A DNA stretch of 64,000 nt from Thermodesulfobacteriota bacterium (GTDB lineage: Bacteria > Desulfobacterota > Desulfarculia > JACQYL01), in NCBI GenBank assembly GCA_963675595.2, contig CAXXLZ010000001.1:1120001-1184000 (forward strand). Reading direction: 5' to 3'. The notes under the pieces were generated by a model that worked only from the letters and a program-made list of their open reading frames with translations, had not been told where the DNA came from and did no database searches. The position numbers and the translations under genes are program-made. Below, one piece after another: positions 1-9,372 of the stretch (within the stretch, counting starts at the first letter, position 1; each line of letters starts with the position of its first letter).

Positions 1-68
1 CCGATGACCGTATCCAGACTATGCGTGGTTTTGAGCTCACGCTCCGCTTTGGAGAACAGCTTGGGCAT
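1..68 (-). CDS. Bactofilin/polymer-forming cytoskeletal protein, 5' part only (runs off window)
   Basis: ATG at 68 reads MPKLFSKAERELKTTHSLDTVIG; DTVIG resembles the start of a bactofilin domain; lies directly downstream of an M23 peptidase, a known conserved pairing. Confidence 0.6.
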   Translation of the reverse strand, partial: MPKLFSKAERELKTTHSLDTVI

Positions 69-116
69 GAGGGATATTCCCGGGATCGCGTGAGACATAA
101 GTCAAAAGGGAGGTGC

Positions 117-1199
117 TCACCTCAGGTTGGACAAGTGGGTTTCGTCGCCCCCTCCGCCCACGTGCAAATACATGGGAGCGAGGGTATGATTGCGGAATGT
201 GAAGTCCCAGATGTAGCCCGTGGGATCTTTGTAGTGTTTGTTCTCAATGACCGAATAATGCAGGTGCGTTCCCGTGCTTCGGCCCGTATTGCCCATGTAG
301 CCGATGACCTGTCCGCGCTTGACGAATTGTCTTTTCTTCACGTTGACTTTGTTGAGATGCCCGTAAAGCGTTTCGATGCCGGACCCGTGATTGATTCTGA
401 CCATCCTGCCCATGAATCGGTCGGTCTTGGTTTCCACCACTCTGCCGTCGGCGGGCGCGAGAATCTCGTCATTGAGGGCGCCGGCCACGTCCAGACCGTT
501 GTGGTAGGCTCTTTGCCCGGTAAAGGGGTCTCTCCGCCATCCGAAACCCGACGAAACCCACAAGGCGTCTCCCCGCACGGGAAGGATGGACGGCATCTTC
601 TTGAATCGGGCTTGCTGTTCGTCGAGAAAATCGAGGACTTCTTCGGTGCGTTCGTCAATAAGGCCGGCATAACGGTAGAGACTGTCCGTTTCCCGATCAG
701 CGGAGGGAACGTACCATGTGGGTCCGCCTGAATCGAGGCCGGCGGGCATGGTGGCCGCGGGGGGCATACCGCCCTGGTGTGAATCCCGAAGCGGCGTGAA
801 TTCGTGGGTTTCCAGCCCCAGGTATTGTCTTATGCGGATGTCGAACTCGTTGATCTCATCCAACTTGACCCTGATTCTGTCGAAACGATCCGAGAGCTCG
901 TCGATTTTCCTTTGTCGTTCCTCGAGATCGGCCTCTTTGCTGGAAATGATCCGATCTTGGTTTTCGAGTTGGCTTTTCAATGAATGGTTCAACTGACTCA
1001 GGTGCCGGCTGCGTGCATGCGACACATACACCACAACGCCGAAGGTCAGCGACAGACTCAACCAGACACCCAATCCCACGACGAGCCATTTGGGAACCGA
1101 GATTGTCCGCGTCGTTCGGTTCGGGCCCCCTACCAGCAGTACGGTGATCTTCACGGCTCTTCCCCTGGTGTGCTCAGCAGGTGTTGACTCGGAACGCAC
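117..1199 (-). CDS. M23 family peptidoglycan endopeptidase (TM + coiled coil + M23 domain)
   Basis: HNGLD and HLH motifs, YGHL, GNTGRSTG; N-terminal TM helix and coiled coil. Confidence 0.9.
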   Translation of the reverse strand: MRSESTPAEHTRGRAVKITVLLVGGPNRTTRTISVPKWLVVGLGVWLSLSLTFGVVVYVSHARSRHLSQLNHSLKSQLENQDRIISSKEADLEERQRKIDELSDRFDRIRVKLDEINEFDIRIRQYLGLETHEFTPLRDSHQGGMPPAATMPAGLDSGGPTWYVPSADRETDSLYRYAGLIDERTEEVLDFLDEQQARFKKMPSILPVRGDALWVSSGFGWRRDPFTGQRAYHNGLDVAGALNDEILAPADGRVVETKTDRFMGRMVRINHGSGIETLYGHLNKVNVKKRQFVKRGQVIGYMGNTGRSTGTHLHYSVIENKHYKDPTGYIWDFTFRNHTLAPMYLHVGGGGDETHLSNLR

Positions 1200-1478
1200 A
1201 ACTCATAGACCGCATTGTACGGAAACAACGGGAACTTCATGAGTGACCGGGATCGATCACGGATTCTTTCGGGGACGACTCCACGGCTTTTCGGCCGTCC
1301 GCCTGAGACGATACGCCACGACGCATCACCGAAGGCATCGGCCGTTCGGCGGATTTCCTTGACACGCCGTTGCGTTCAGGCCGTCCTCGGGCCGCACCAC
1401 AACCTGCGACTTGCTCCCAACCCGTGCCGTGTCAAAGTACCCTTGTATATTCGGTACTTAGGAAGAAACGAGATCAAT

Positions 1479-1514
1479 TTGTGACCCTATATCACAAGGG
1501 CCGGATCAAGTCAA
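1479..1514 (-). promoter_or_regulatory. sigma70-like promoter for M23 gene with overlapping palindrome
   Basis: Minus strand TTGACT-N17-TATAGG (1514-1486); palindrome TTGTGA-N7-TCACAA at 1479-1497 covers the -10. Confidence 0.5.
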
Positions 1515-1709
1515 CGGGGAAAGAGGGAGTAGGGAAGAGCGCGGACATCGGCCGGAATCGGGTTCAGGAGAGGGCCGTTCCCGCTTGCCGCCACCGGCCC
1601 GCAACCCGGCCGGCACAAAAGAGGAGAGGAGGGGCGACACGGAACAGGGCCTAAGACCGGGGCGCGGGCACCCTCGGTCCGGGGTGGGCTGGGGACACGC
1701 CCGGAAACG

Positions 1710-4700
1710 TCATCCTCCAAAGCGCCCCATCCATTGCGCCGCGTGTTCGGCCAGGTCCCGCCGGCCCAACCGGAGGAACCCGTCCCTGGATCGTTGCAGG
1801 ATTTCCAGACCTTGCTCCCGATGCCCGCCGCCGCAGAGGATCGGCCCCAGGTCCAGGCCCACGGCACAGATTCCGTCCAGGCGACCGAGTTTCATGTAGA
1901 TATGGTAGGATTCCGACAGCCGGTCATAAGCTCTTTGGTGCTCTTGTTTTTCGGCATCCATGCGGGCCATGCTCCACAGCGTGTAGGCCACGCCGTCCGG
2001 GTCGCCCAGCTCCTGGAAGACCTCAAGCCTTTCCTCATGTAGCTTGAGAGCGTCGTCCACCTCCCCTTTGGAAACCTTGATGCGAGCGATGTCGCCCAAG
2101 GTCACGGCTCTTTCTCGCCGGTCGCCCAGCTCCTGGAAGACCTCAAGCCTTTCCTCATGTAGCTTGAGAGCGTCGTCCACCTCCCCTTTGTCCACCTTGA
2201 TGCGAGCGATGTCGCCCAGGGTCACGGCTCTTGATCGCCGGTCGCCCAGCTCCTGGAATACCTCAAGCCTTTCCTCATGTAGCTTGAGAGCGTCGTCCAC
2301 CTCCCCTTTGTCCACCTTGATGCGAGCGATGTCGCCCAGGGCGATGAGTTGGTCCCTTTGGGCGCCCAAGGCGTCGAATCTTCGTTCCGCGTCCGTGAAG
2401 CTCTTCTCCGCCTCGTCCAATGCACCCTGTTGTTGCTTGAGCCGTCCCCGGGTCAACAGAATGGAGGCGTAGGTGAAATTCTCCCCGGTCTTTGCCTTTT
2501 CGTCGGGCGCTCCCAAGAGGGCGAGGGCCCGTTCCACGCAATCCGCGGCTTGTGGGACATGCCCCGTGGCCTGTAGGACCTGTCCGGCCTGGTGATAAAA
2601 GTCCGCGGTTCCTTGCGTTCCGGATTTTTCCAGCAAGGCGAGGCAGTCCACGGCAAAGGCGGACGCTTGGCGGTGTTGGAACCGGCTTTCCAGAAAACCA
2701 ATCGCGTCCGCGGCGGTGTGCGCCGCGACTTCCGCGGATTCGGCGGCGAGGGCCAATCGGGCCAACTCCCAATCCGCGGCCGGGGGGCGACGGGACCCGT
2801 CCCTTCCGCCCCAGGCCCGAAACAGGGAGCCCACCACCCGGGAAGCCAATGTTCGGACTTCGTCGTGGGACAATGGGCGTAAACGCGCCGCGACCAGGGG
2901 GTGGACCGCCGCGGCCATCTGCCCGCGGTCCACCGGGTCTTCAAACCGCGACCAGAGTCCCAGTCCGAAAATCCGAACCCCCGTGGGTTCGCCGGCGGCG
3001 TACCCGCACTCCTTAGCCACCATCTCCAGCACCTTCACAGGCACGGGGAGTTGAAACAGGGTCGAAGCCCGGAGCAGTTCCGTTTCTCCCTCGCCGAGCA
3101 AACCCAGCATGCGGTCCACGGCGAGGTTTTCGAGGAATTCCTGAAGTTCCCCGGCCCGCGGCGGCGCGCCGCCTTGAAGAAACGCCTCCATGGCCTCGAG
3201 GGTATCGTTCAATACACGGAACGTGTCCGCCGATTCTTCCGCATGCGGTCCATGCTCCTTTTGGGCCTGCAGAAACATGCGAAAGAGCAGGTCCTGCAGT
3301 CCCGGATTCCCCCGAGCCGCTGAAACGATCCGCTCGGTGATCGCGGGTTTCAGGGTTTCCGGCGCCACGCCCGCCGCCCGCGATTTGGCCTCCATCTGCT
3401 TGACACCGTCGTGGGCTTCCATGGGGTTGAGGGAGAGGGGGAAGAGGGCTTCGGCCAAGTCCTTTTCCCCATGGGGTTTCAATTGAAACGTGTAGCGGGA
3501 GGTGAAGATCAAACCCGAGCGCGTGCCGCTCCCGGCGCGTTTGAAGGCCCGGATCACGGAACGGATGGTTTCCCGGTAGTCGGGATGCACGGGGTGGGGG
3601 AAAGGGGTCTCGGTGAGCAGGGCTTGTTCGAAATCGTCGATGATCAGCAGCATCGGCGCGGGTTCCCGGCCGTCGCCTTGAGCTCGGTCACGGCAGGGTC
3701 CGGTGAGGATTTCGTGCAACGTTCGCTCAAGAGCCTCCGGATCGTCGTTCACCGAGTCCCTGTATCGCGTCGCGATATCGGCCACCGGCGCCGTGGGGAA
3801 GGCTTCGGCCACGGCGGACAGCACGGCCGGAGCATCGTATCGCCCGAACACCACCGCGGTGCGATGTCCATACAGGCCGTGCAACCGGTTGGCCACGCGG
3901 GCCGCCAGGCTGGATTTCCCCTGCCGCCCCAATCCGTGGATCAACACGCCGGCGTATTCATCCCCTTGCAGGGCTTTCAAGACCTTCTGTATCTCCCGCC
4001 TGCGGCCCACGAATTCCCATCGTCCCGCAACCGGAATCCGTCTCTGGGTGTCCAGGAATTCCTTGACTCCGCTGTCGGCTCCTCCGGGCCGCGCCATGCG
4101 GTCCCCGCCGCAAACCGGTCCCCCGCCCTTGGGTCCCAGGTAGACCCGGGCCAGGTGCCAATCCCTGGAAGGTGGGGCTTCACGCGCTTGGGCTTCGGGA
4201 GAGAGCAGCCCGTGCCGGGCGTAAGCCGTGGAAGTCTCCAGGTCGTGTTTGCGGCTCAGGGATCCGTACAATTCTTCCGCGAAACGGGTGGCCTCCGCGT
4301 CTTGCACCGTTCCGCTCCATCCCAGCACCGTCGGCACGCCTCTGCGCACCAGGTCGCAGGCAAAGGAGTTCATGACCTTGTCGCCGGTCTCGCCGGTCCT
4401 GCACGCCGAGGCGAAAAACAGGCGGGGCCCGACCTGGCCCAATTCACGGCTGAAGGCTTCCGGACCGGCGAAGTGGGGGGCCCCCTCGTCCGTTTCCAGA
4501 ATCAGCACGGGTTGTCCGTCTCTGATGTCCCCGTGACAGGAAACGTGCAGCACAAAGGGGTCGGACGCCCGCGAAAGGGTTTCCGCGAGTCCCCGAAGCG
4601 TGCCGCTTTCTTCCACGGTGAGGTCCATGCCCAGGTTTCCCGTGGCCTGAAACACGGCGCGTTCCTCGTCTTCAAAGCGCAAAGGTTGCGCCTCCGATAC

Positions 4701-5174
4701 GGAAGGGGAGGCCGCCATGAAGGCGAGGGACAGTCGTTGGGGACCGCACGGGTCCGGCTCCATCGGGTCGCCGATGCGGCGCACGGGACAGTAGAGCACA
4801 TGGCCGTCCCCCGCGAGATGGCCTTTGTGGTCGGCGGCCAGTTCCCAGGGCACTTCCAGAAAACGGAGCATGGGGTCCGTGGGGTCCCGGGGCACGCGAA
4901 ACTCCACGATGAAGGGCACGGACCGATGCTCTTTGAGTCTGGAAAATGAGTTATCGTGCCGGTCCAGCCATTGGACTATTTCCCGTCCCAAAGAGAGCAG
5001 GTCCTCGGCCGGGTCCGGCTTGAAAAGGGCCCTGCGGTAGGCGCGGATCCAGGCTTCGAATTCTTTCGGTTCGTCCGGTTGGATCGGTCGGTCCCGAAGC
5101 GTGCGGTCGCCTTCCCCGCATTCCAGGTACAGATTCCCACCGACGCTTTTCAAGAAAAAGTAAGGCCGGTCCAT
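1710..5174 (-). CDS. CHAT (caspase-like) protease - STAND P-loop NTPase - TPR protein
   Basis: CHAT motifs LEVPWE, LHVSCHG (His), FASAC (Cys); FVGR, Walker A GLGRQGKS, Walker B LLIIDDFE, FTSR, GNP; C-terminal 40-aa TPR repeats; ATG 5174 preceded by GGAG (ORF track extends to 5267). Confidence 0.88.
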   Translation of the reverse strand: MDRPYFFLKSVGGNLYLECGEGDRTLRDRPIQPDEPKEFEAWIRAYRRALFKPDPAEDLLSLGREIVQWLDRHDNSFSRLKEHRSVPFIVEFRVPRDPTDPMLRFLEVPWELAADHKGHLAGDGHVLYCPVRRIGDPMEPDPCGPQRLSLAFMAASPSVSEAQPLRFEDEERAVFQATGNLGMDLTVEESGTLRGLAETLSRASDPFVLHVSCHGDIRDGQPVLILETDEGAPHFAGPEAFSRELGQVGPRLFFASACRTGETGDKVMNSFACDLVRRGVPTVLGWSGTVQDAEATRFAEELYGSLSRKHDLETSTAYARHGLLSPEAQAREAPPSRDWHLARVYLGPKGGGPVCGGDRMARPGGADSGVKEFLDTQRRIPVAGRWEFVGRRREIQKVLKALQGDEYAGVLIHGLGRQGKSSLAARVANRLHGLYGHRTAVVFGRYDAPAVLSAVAEAFPTAPVADIATRYRDSVNDDPEALERTLHEILTGPCRDRAQGDGREPAPMLLIIDDFEQALLTETPFPHPVHPDYRETIRSVIRAFKRAGSGTRSGLIFTSRYTFQLKPHGEKDLAEALFPLSLNPMEAHDGVKQMEAKSRAAGVAPETLKPAITERIVSAARGNPGLQDLLFRMFLQAQKEHGPHAEESADTFRVLNDTLEAMEAFLQGGAPPRAGELQEFLENLAVDRMLGLLGEGETELLRASTLFQLPVPVKVLEMVAKECGYAAGEPTGVRIFGLGLWSRFEDPVDRGQMAAAVHPLVAARLRPLSHDEVRTLASRVVGSLFRAWGGRDGSRRPPAADWELARLALAAESAEVAAHTAADAIGFLESRFQHRQASAFAVDCLALLEKSGTQGTADFYHQAGQVLQATGHVPQAADCVERALALLGAPDEKAKTGENFTYASILLTRGRLKQQQGALDEAEKSFTDAERRFDALGAQRDQLIALGDIARIKVDKGEVDDALKLHEERLEVFQELGDRRSRAVTLGDIARIKVDKGEVDDALKLHEERLEVFQELGDRRERAVTLGDIARIKVSKGEVDDALKLHEERLEVFQELGDPDGVAYTLWSMARMDAEKQEHQRAYDRLSESYHIYMKLGRLDGICAVGLDLGPILCGGGHREQGLEILQRSRDGFLRLGRRDLAEHAAQWMGRFGG
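2001..2341. repeat. Tandem 120-bp repeat, about 2.8 copies, encoding TPR units
   Basis: Units 2001-2120, 2121-2240 and 2241-2341 are identical apart from a few substitutions. Confidence 0.95.
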
Positions 5175-5197
5175 GGCGCGCTCCCGTGTGGCGAGGT

Positions 5198-5617
5198 TCA
5201 GGTCTTCGAGGGGTGTGAGTCCGTCTTGTCGGACAGTTCCGCAAAGGAGGCCTTTTCGATTTCCCATTCCATCTTGCCGATGCGGAACCGGATCGTGGTA
5301 ATGCGTTTGATCTTCTTCAGGTTCCCGCCTTGTTCGAGCAGTCGTTCGAAGCGGCGTTTCTTGTCGAGACGATCCTTGATTTCAAGGGCCGTCAGCAGGG
5401 CGGCCGGAATGGCCAGAACAGCGGCGGCCAGGCTTGCCGCCGCATCGATCAGGGCCGGGTCCCACTTGGTCCCCGGTTCTCCCCGCGCGGATCCTTCGTT
5501 GTGAGTGAATCTTTCGGGCCGGGTTCCGAATTCCGCGCGGATGATCTCGGAAAGCGCATCCGCGGCTGCTTCGGCATCCTCACCAATGATCTCGATCCAG
5601 ATTTTTTCTTCGCTCAT
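5198..5617 (-). CDS. Small protein with central hydrophobic hairpin, EACC1-like partner of CHAT protein
   Basis: MSEEKIWIEIIGEDAEAAADAL...GTKWDPALIDAAASLAAAVLAIPAALLTAL...; 139 aa; stops 23 nt before the CHAT ATG; family assignment by resemblance only. Confidence 0.6.
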   Translation of the reverse strand: MSEEKIWIEIIGEDAEAAADALSEIIRAEFGTRPERFTHNEGSARGEPGTKWDPALIDAAASLAAAVLAIPAALLTALEIKDRLDKKRRFERLLEQGGNLKKIKRITTIRFRIGKMEWEIEKASFAELSDKTDSHPSKT

Positions 5618-5985
5618 GACGCGGCATCCATCGGGTTGCGGCGACGGACCGGGAAAACGGGGCTGCATTGACCGCATGGACCACGGTCCGCCCGGGTGAC
5701 AAGGTCGCCGCGGCCTCCGTGAATCGGGTTGAAGCGTAAATACGGGAGTGATGATCTTATGGGGCAATTATACAGGAACGGGGCGAAAAGAAAAGACGTG
5801 AGAGGACTCCGTATCCGTTTTCAGGGTCAGGCACGGCCAAGCCTGCCGGTTTGCGCCGGAAGGGTCCGAGGTTCCCGAGTCCCGCCGCTCGTTCGGAGGA
5901 ATCCGGGATACGCCGTTCCCCCGGCGGACCGCCCCATGTCGGGCGCGTTTGGATGGAGACGCCCAAGCCCGAAGCACCGGATGCT

Positions 5986-6852
5986 TCAGGAAAAATTGGC
6001 GTAATGATCCGGGGCTTCTCCCTCGGCCCGGATAAAGGCGCTGCGGCAGGCGCCGCATGAGGTCCCGGACCATATCTCGCTTTCCAGTTCCCGGAAAACG
6101 GTCAAATCGAATCGACACAGACCGGCCTCCAGGAAGCGACGTTCCTCTTGGTCGATGGTTGCGAGATACTGGTCGAAGCCGGTCACCGGTCCGTTGAGGC
6201 ACATGGAAACCAGGTTCACCGTATCCGCTATCTTTCGGGATCGTGATTCGACACTTTCCAGGTATTCATCGGTCATGCGGCCGCCCGAGCGCAGCGCCTC
6301 CATGAGGGTCGGCACGATGGGCTTCTCTTTCACCTCGTTGATGGTGTTTCTTTGAAGCCACCAAACGACGTTTTCGTGCCCGGCCCGATCTCCGAACTGC
6401 ACGGTCATGGGCTCATGACGTCTCTTTTTGACCGGCGCGCTTTGCCCCGCGATATGAACCATGATGGTCCTTGGATTGAACATCAGGTCCCCGACCTGCC
6501 TCAGCATGCCGTTGTCGGCGCAGTTGCCGGCGCTGAACAGGGCAAGCTCCATGATTCGGGCCAGGGTCAACCAGTAGAAATTCCCCATCCATTCACGGGA
6601 TATCCGGGGACCCCTTTTGAAAGAGGTTTTGCCGGACTTCTTGAGCGGGTGGCTCGCGCGTGTTTTTTCGGCCCCGTGAATCCCTGCGAAATTCCCATCG
6701 GTGTGCGCCGCCGCGTCCAGTTCCGCGACGCGGGCCGCCAGCCATGCTTCTTCCATCACATGGAATTGTGCGCCCCGTTCCAGTTCCCTGTGAAAAGACC
6801 GGGCCCACACGATTTCCCGGGGGATGTCGGAGAGCCTGTACAACCTGCCCAT
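5986..6852 (-). CDS. Hypothetical protein (288 aa)
   Basis: Long ORF with globular composition, ATG start, no recognised motif. Confidence 0.65.
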   Translation of the reverse strand: MGRLYRLSDIPREIVWARSFHRELERGAQFHVMEEAWLAARVAELDAAAHTDGNFAGIHGAEKTRASHPLKKSGKTSFKRGPRISREWMGNFYWLTLARIMELALFSAGNCADNGMLRQVGDLMFNPRTIMVHIAGQSAPVKKRRHEPMTVQFGDRAGHENVVWWLQRNTINEVKEKPIVPTLMEALRSGGRMTDEYLESVESRSRKIADTVNLVSMCLNGPVTGFDQYLATIDQEERRFLEAGLCRFDLTVFRELESEIWSGTSCGACRSAFIRAEGEAPDHYANFS

Positions 6853-7197
6853 ATTTCGAGATCCTTACTTATGTCAGTTTCGACATATATACAGGAACAC
6901 CGAGGCTTCGCCAACAGAGAAAATATCGGTGAAAGTTCGTGAGCGTTCAGGGGGGTTCCCTCGGGCTCCTTGCGAAAAACTTCAGGTATTTTAATTCGTT
7001 GTACGGCACATGCCGCACGTTTTGCGAATCCCGTACGCGATTCTCAGAAGCGCAACGGGGAGTCCGGAGGGCCATGGGTCCCCCGGTAGATGAATACAAG
7101 TCTCTTGTTCATCGATGTTTCTGCGAGGGCGCTCGACGCAATCCGACGGGCTACGCGCAGAACGGGCGGGGATGATGCCGGAATTGGTAATCGGCGT

Positions 7198-7977
7198 TCA
7201 GGTTTTTCGGGATTTTCGGCCCAGGCTCAGGCGCATGAAGAAGGCGCGGAGTTCCTCGTCGAACAGCCAGAAGGCCAGACCCAGGAGAACCGCCGCGGCG
7301 AAGACCACCTTCGCGGTCAAGGGTTCCGAGTCCAAACCGGCTCCGGCAAAGGTGAGCACCGCCATTCCGGGCAGGCGCCCGAGGAAGCTCACGCCCAGCA
7401 GTTTCCACAGGCTCAGGCGGGTGAGCCCGGCGATGAAACACACGGCGTCGTCGGGAAGGGCGGGAAGAAGAAAGATCATGAAGAAGTTCTCCAGTCCTCC
7501 TCCGTTGATCAGGCCGTCGAAACGGGATTGCAGGTCGGCGGGGACCAGTCGTCGGATCAGGGCCTTGCCGAACAAACGGCCCAGGACCATGGCCAGGGCG
7601 GACCCGATGGTGAGTCCCACCATGCACAGGAACAGTCCCTTCCAGAATCCGAAGAGCATGCCCCCCGCCAGACCCACGAGCTGTCCGGGGATGGGCGCCA
7701 GGAGCACTTGCAGGACCTGAAGGCCCATGAAAAGATAAGCCTCGCTTTTGCCGTAGGACCTGAGGTATTGGAGCAGTCGGTCCTTGCCGGCTGCCGGCTC
7801 TCCCCGTTCGGCGGCATGCAGCGCCTGTTGCAGAGGCTCGGGCAGGTGGGGAAACAGGAAGTGGATCGCCACGGACAGCAGCAGTGCCAGAATCAGGGCT
7901 CCGGCGAGGATCAAACCGACGGAGATCAGTTTGGACTTGAGACGCTCCTTGAAGCGTTTGCCGTAAGCGGCGGCCAC
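7198..7977 (-). CDS. TVP38/TMEM64 (DedA/VTT) family membrane protein
   Basis: LQVLLAPIPGQ, GMLFG, FLLPALPDDAVCFIAGLT, GRLPG; GTG 7977 after AAGGAGG. Confidence 0.88.
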   Translation of the reverse strand: MAAAYGKRFKERLKSKLISVGLILAGALILALLLSVAIHFLFPHLPEPLQQALHAAERGEPAAGKDRLLQYLRSYGKSEAYLFMGLQVLQVLLAPIPGQLVGLAGGMLFGFWKGLFLCMVGLTIGSALAMVLGRLFGKALIRRLVPADLQSRFDGLINGGGLENFFMIFLLPALPDDAVCFIAGLTRLSLWKLLGVSFLGRLPGMAVLTFAGAGLDSEPLTAKVVFAAAVLLGLAFWLFDEELRAFFMRLSLGRKSRKT

Positions 7978-8195
7978 GCGGGTCCTCCTTTCGGATCGGG
8001 GAGGCCATGGGAACATTCGACGAGCATCCCGCCGGGCGCCGAGGTTCCGGGGCCGCGGGGACTTATGCTCATAGCACGTCCTTGGACCGATCTCCAGGTG
8101 AAACGAGGAACTTGGGGCGGCTTGCGGGCGGTCTTAAAGGAACCGATCCGGGAAGACCCCGGAGGGGAGGGACGTTTGTTCATGGAGCGGAATGT

Positions 8196-9164
8196 ATGAC
8201 CAGGGTTTCGGGATCGAGAAACGCCCGACGGCTCATCCGCCGCACGCACCGGTTTCGCTTTGACGGACTGGTGCGGTGGAAAGGGCTGCACGATCCCTTG
8301 GACTGGGAGGAGATATTTCATCGGGCGGCCCCACGGGTGCTCGAGATCGGATTCGGTCGCGGGGACTACCTGCGATCCGCGGCGGCGGATGATCCCTCCA
8401 CGGACTTCATCGGTGTGGATACGCATTGGAGTTCGGTGATCGAGGCTCTGGCGGGTGTGGAACGGGACGACCTGGAAAACGTACGGCTCCTGCAAGGAGA
8501 CGCGCGGGTGGTGTTGAGCCGTTTGTTCGAACCCCGCTCGCTGCAGGCCGTGATCGCGTTGTTTCCGGTTCCCTGGCCCAAGGAACAAAAATCCAAGAAC
8601 CGGCTGTTTTCCGATTCCTTCCTGCGGTTGGCCAATTCCAGGCTCGTGAACGGCGGGACCCTTCGGGTGGTTACGGACTACGCGCCCTATGTAAAATGGA
8701 TTCTGAAGCAGAACCACGACACGGGATTCGTGCTGCGGCACACCCGCATAACTCGTACCTACGGCACCCGATACGAGTCCAAATATTACCAGAGGGGACA
8801 ACGGGAGTTCGACGAGCTGCTGTTTACCAAGGAAACACATCGGGACGTTCCCGTGGAGAAAGGAGTTCCGTTGGGGGAATATCGACTGGAAGGGTTCGAC
8901 CCCGACAGGTTCCGGCCCGAGGGCGGTCGATTCGGGGAGATCACCTTGGCCTTCAAGGACTTTCTGTATGATCCCGTTCGCCGCAAAGGCATGGTCCGAG
9001 TGGTGGTCGTGGAGGGTTCCCTGGTGCAGAGTATCTGGATCGAGATCGTATTCAAGGAAGGCGCGTGGCGCGTCCGTTCGACTCCGGATTGCGGAGTGGT
9101 CCCTTCGGAGGGGGTCAATCGGGCTCTGGAAATCGTGCGGGACGCCGCACAAGCCGGGGCGTGA
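8196..9164 (+). CDS. trmB: tRNA (guanine-N7)-methyltransferase with C-terminal extension
   Basis: LEIGFGRG, FPVPWPK, RL, VTD, TRYE motifs. Confidence 0.85.
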   Translation: MTRVSGSRNARRLIRRTHRFRFDGLVRWKGLHDPLDWEEIFHRAAPRVLEIGFGRGDYLRSAAADDPSTDFIGVDTHWSSVIEALAGVERDDLENVRLLQGDARVVLSRLFEPRSLQAVIALFPVPWPKEQKSKNRLFSDSFLRLANSRLVNGGTLRVVTDYAPYVKWILKQNHDTGFVLRHTRITRTYGTRYESKYYQRGQREFDELLFTKETHRDVPVEKGVPLGEYRLEGFDPDRFRPEGGRFGEITLAFKDFLYDPVRRKGMVRVVVVEGSLVQSIWIEIVFKEGAWRVRSTPDCGVVPSEGVNRALEIVRDAAQAGA

Positions 9165-9234
9165 TTGAAGAGTTTGGTTGATGTGTTCGCTGCAACCGGC
9201 AGCCGGACCACATGTTTCGAAGTTCGTGGGGCGC

Positions 9235-9282
9235 AAAAAAAGAGCCCCGCCGTGGGAAACGATTTGCCTCTTGCGGCGGGGC
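9235..9282 (-). terminator. Rho-independent terminator for SDR gene
   Basis: Stem GCCCCGCCG (9244-9252)/CGGCGGGGC (9274-9282) followed by a T-run on the minus strand. Confidence 0.6.
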
Positions 9283-9372
9283 GAAATAACCCCCCTTGCG
9301 GTTTAGGCAAGTGCTGATATAGAAAAGGTGGAAGGAGAAAAGTTTAGATAATCGGTAAGGGGGATACGCGCA

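Noticed and set aside
2001-2341. Possible CRISPR array
   Set aside because: Contiguous in-frame 120-bp units with no unique spacers; coding TPR repeats; no cas genes.
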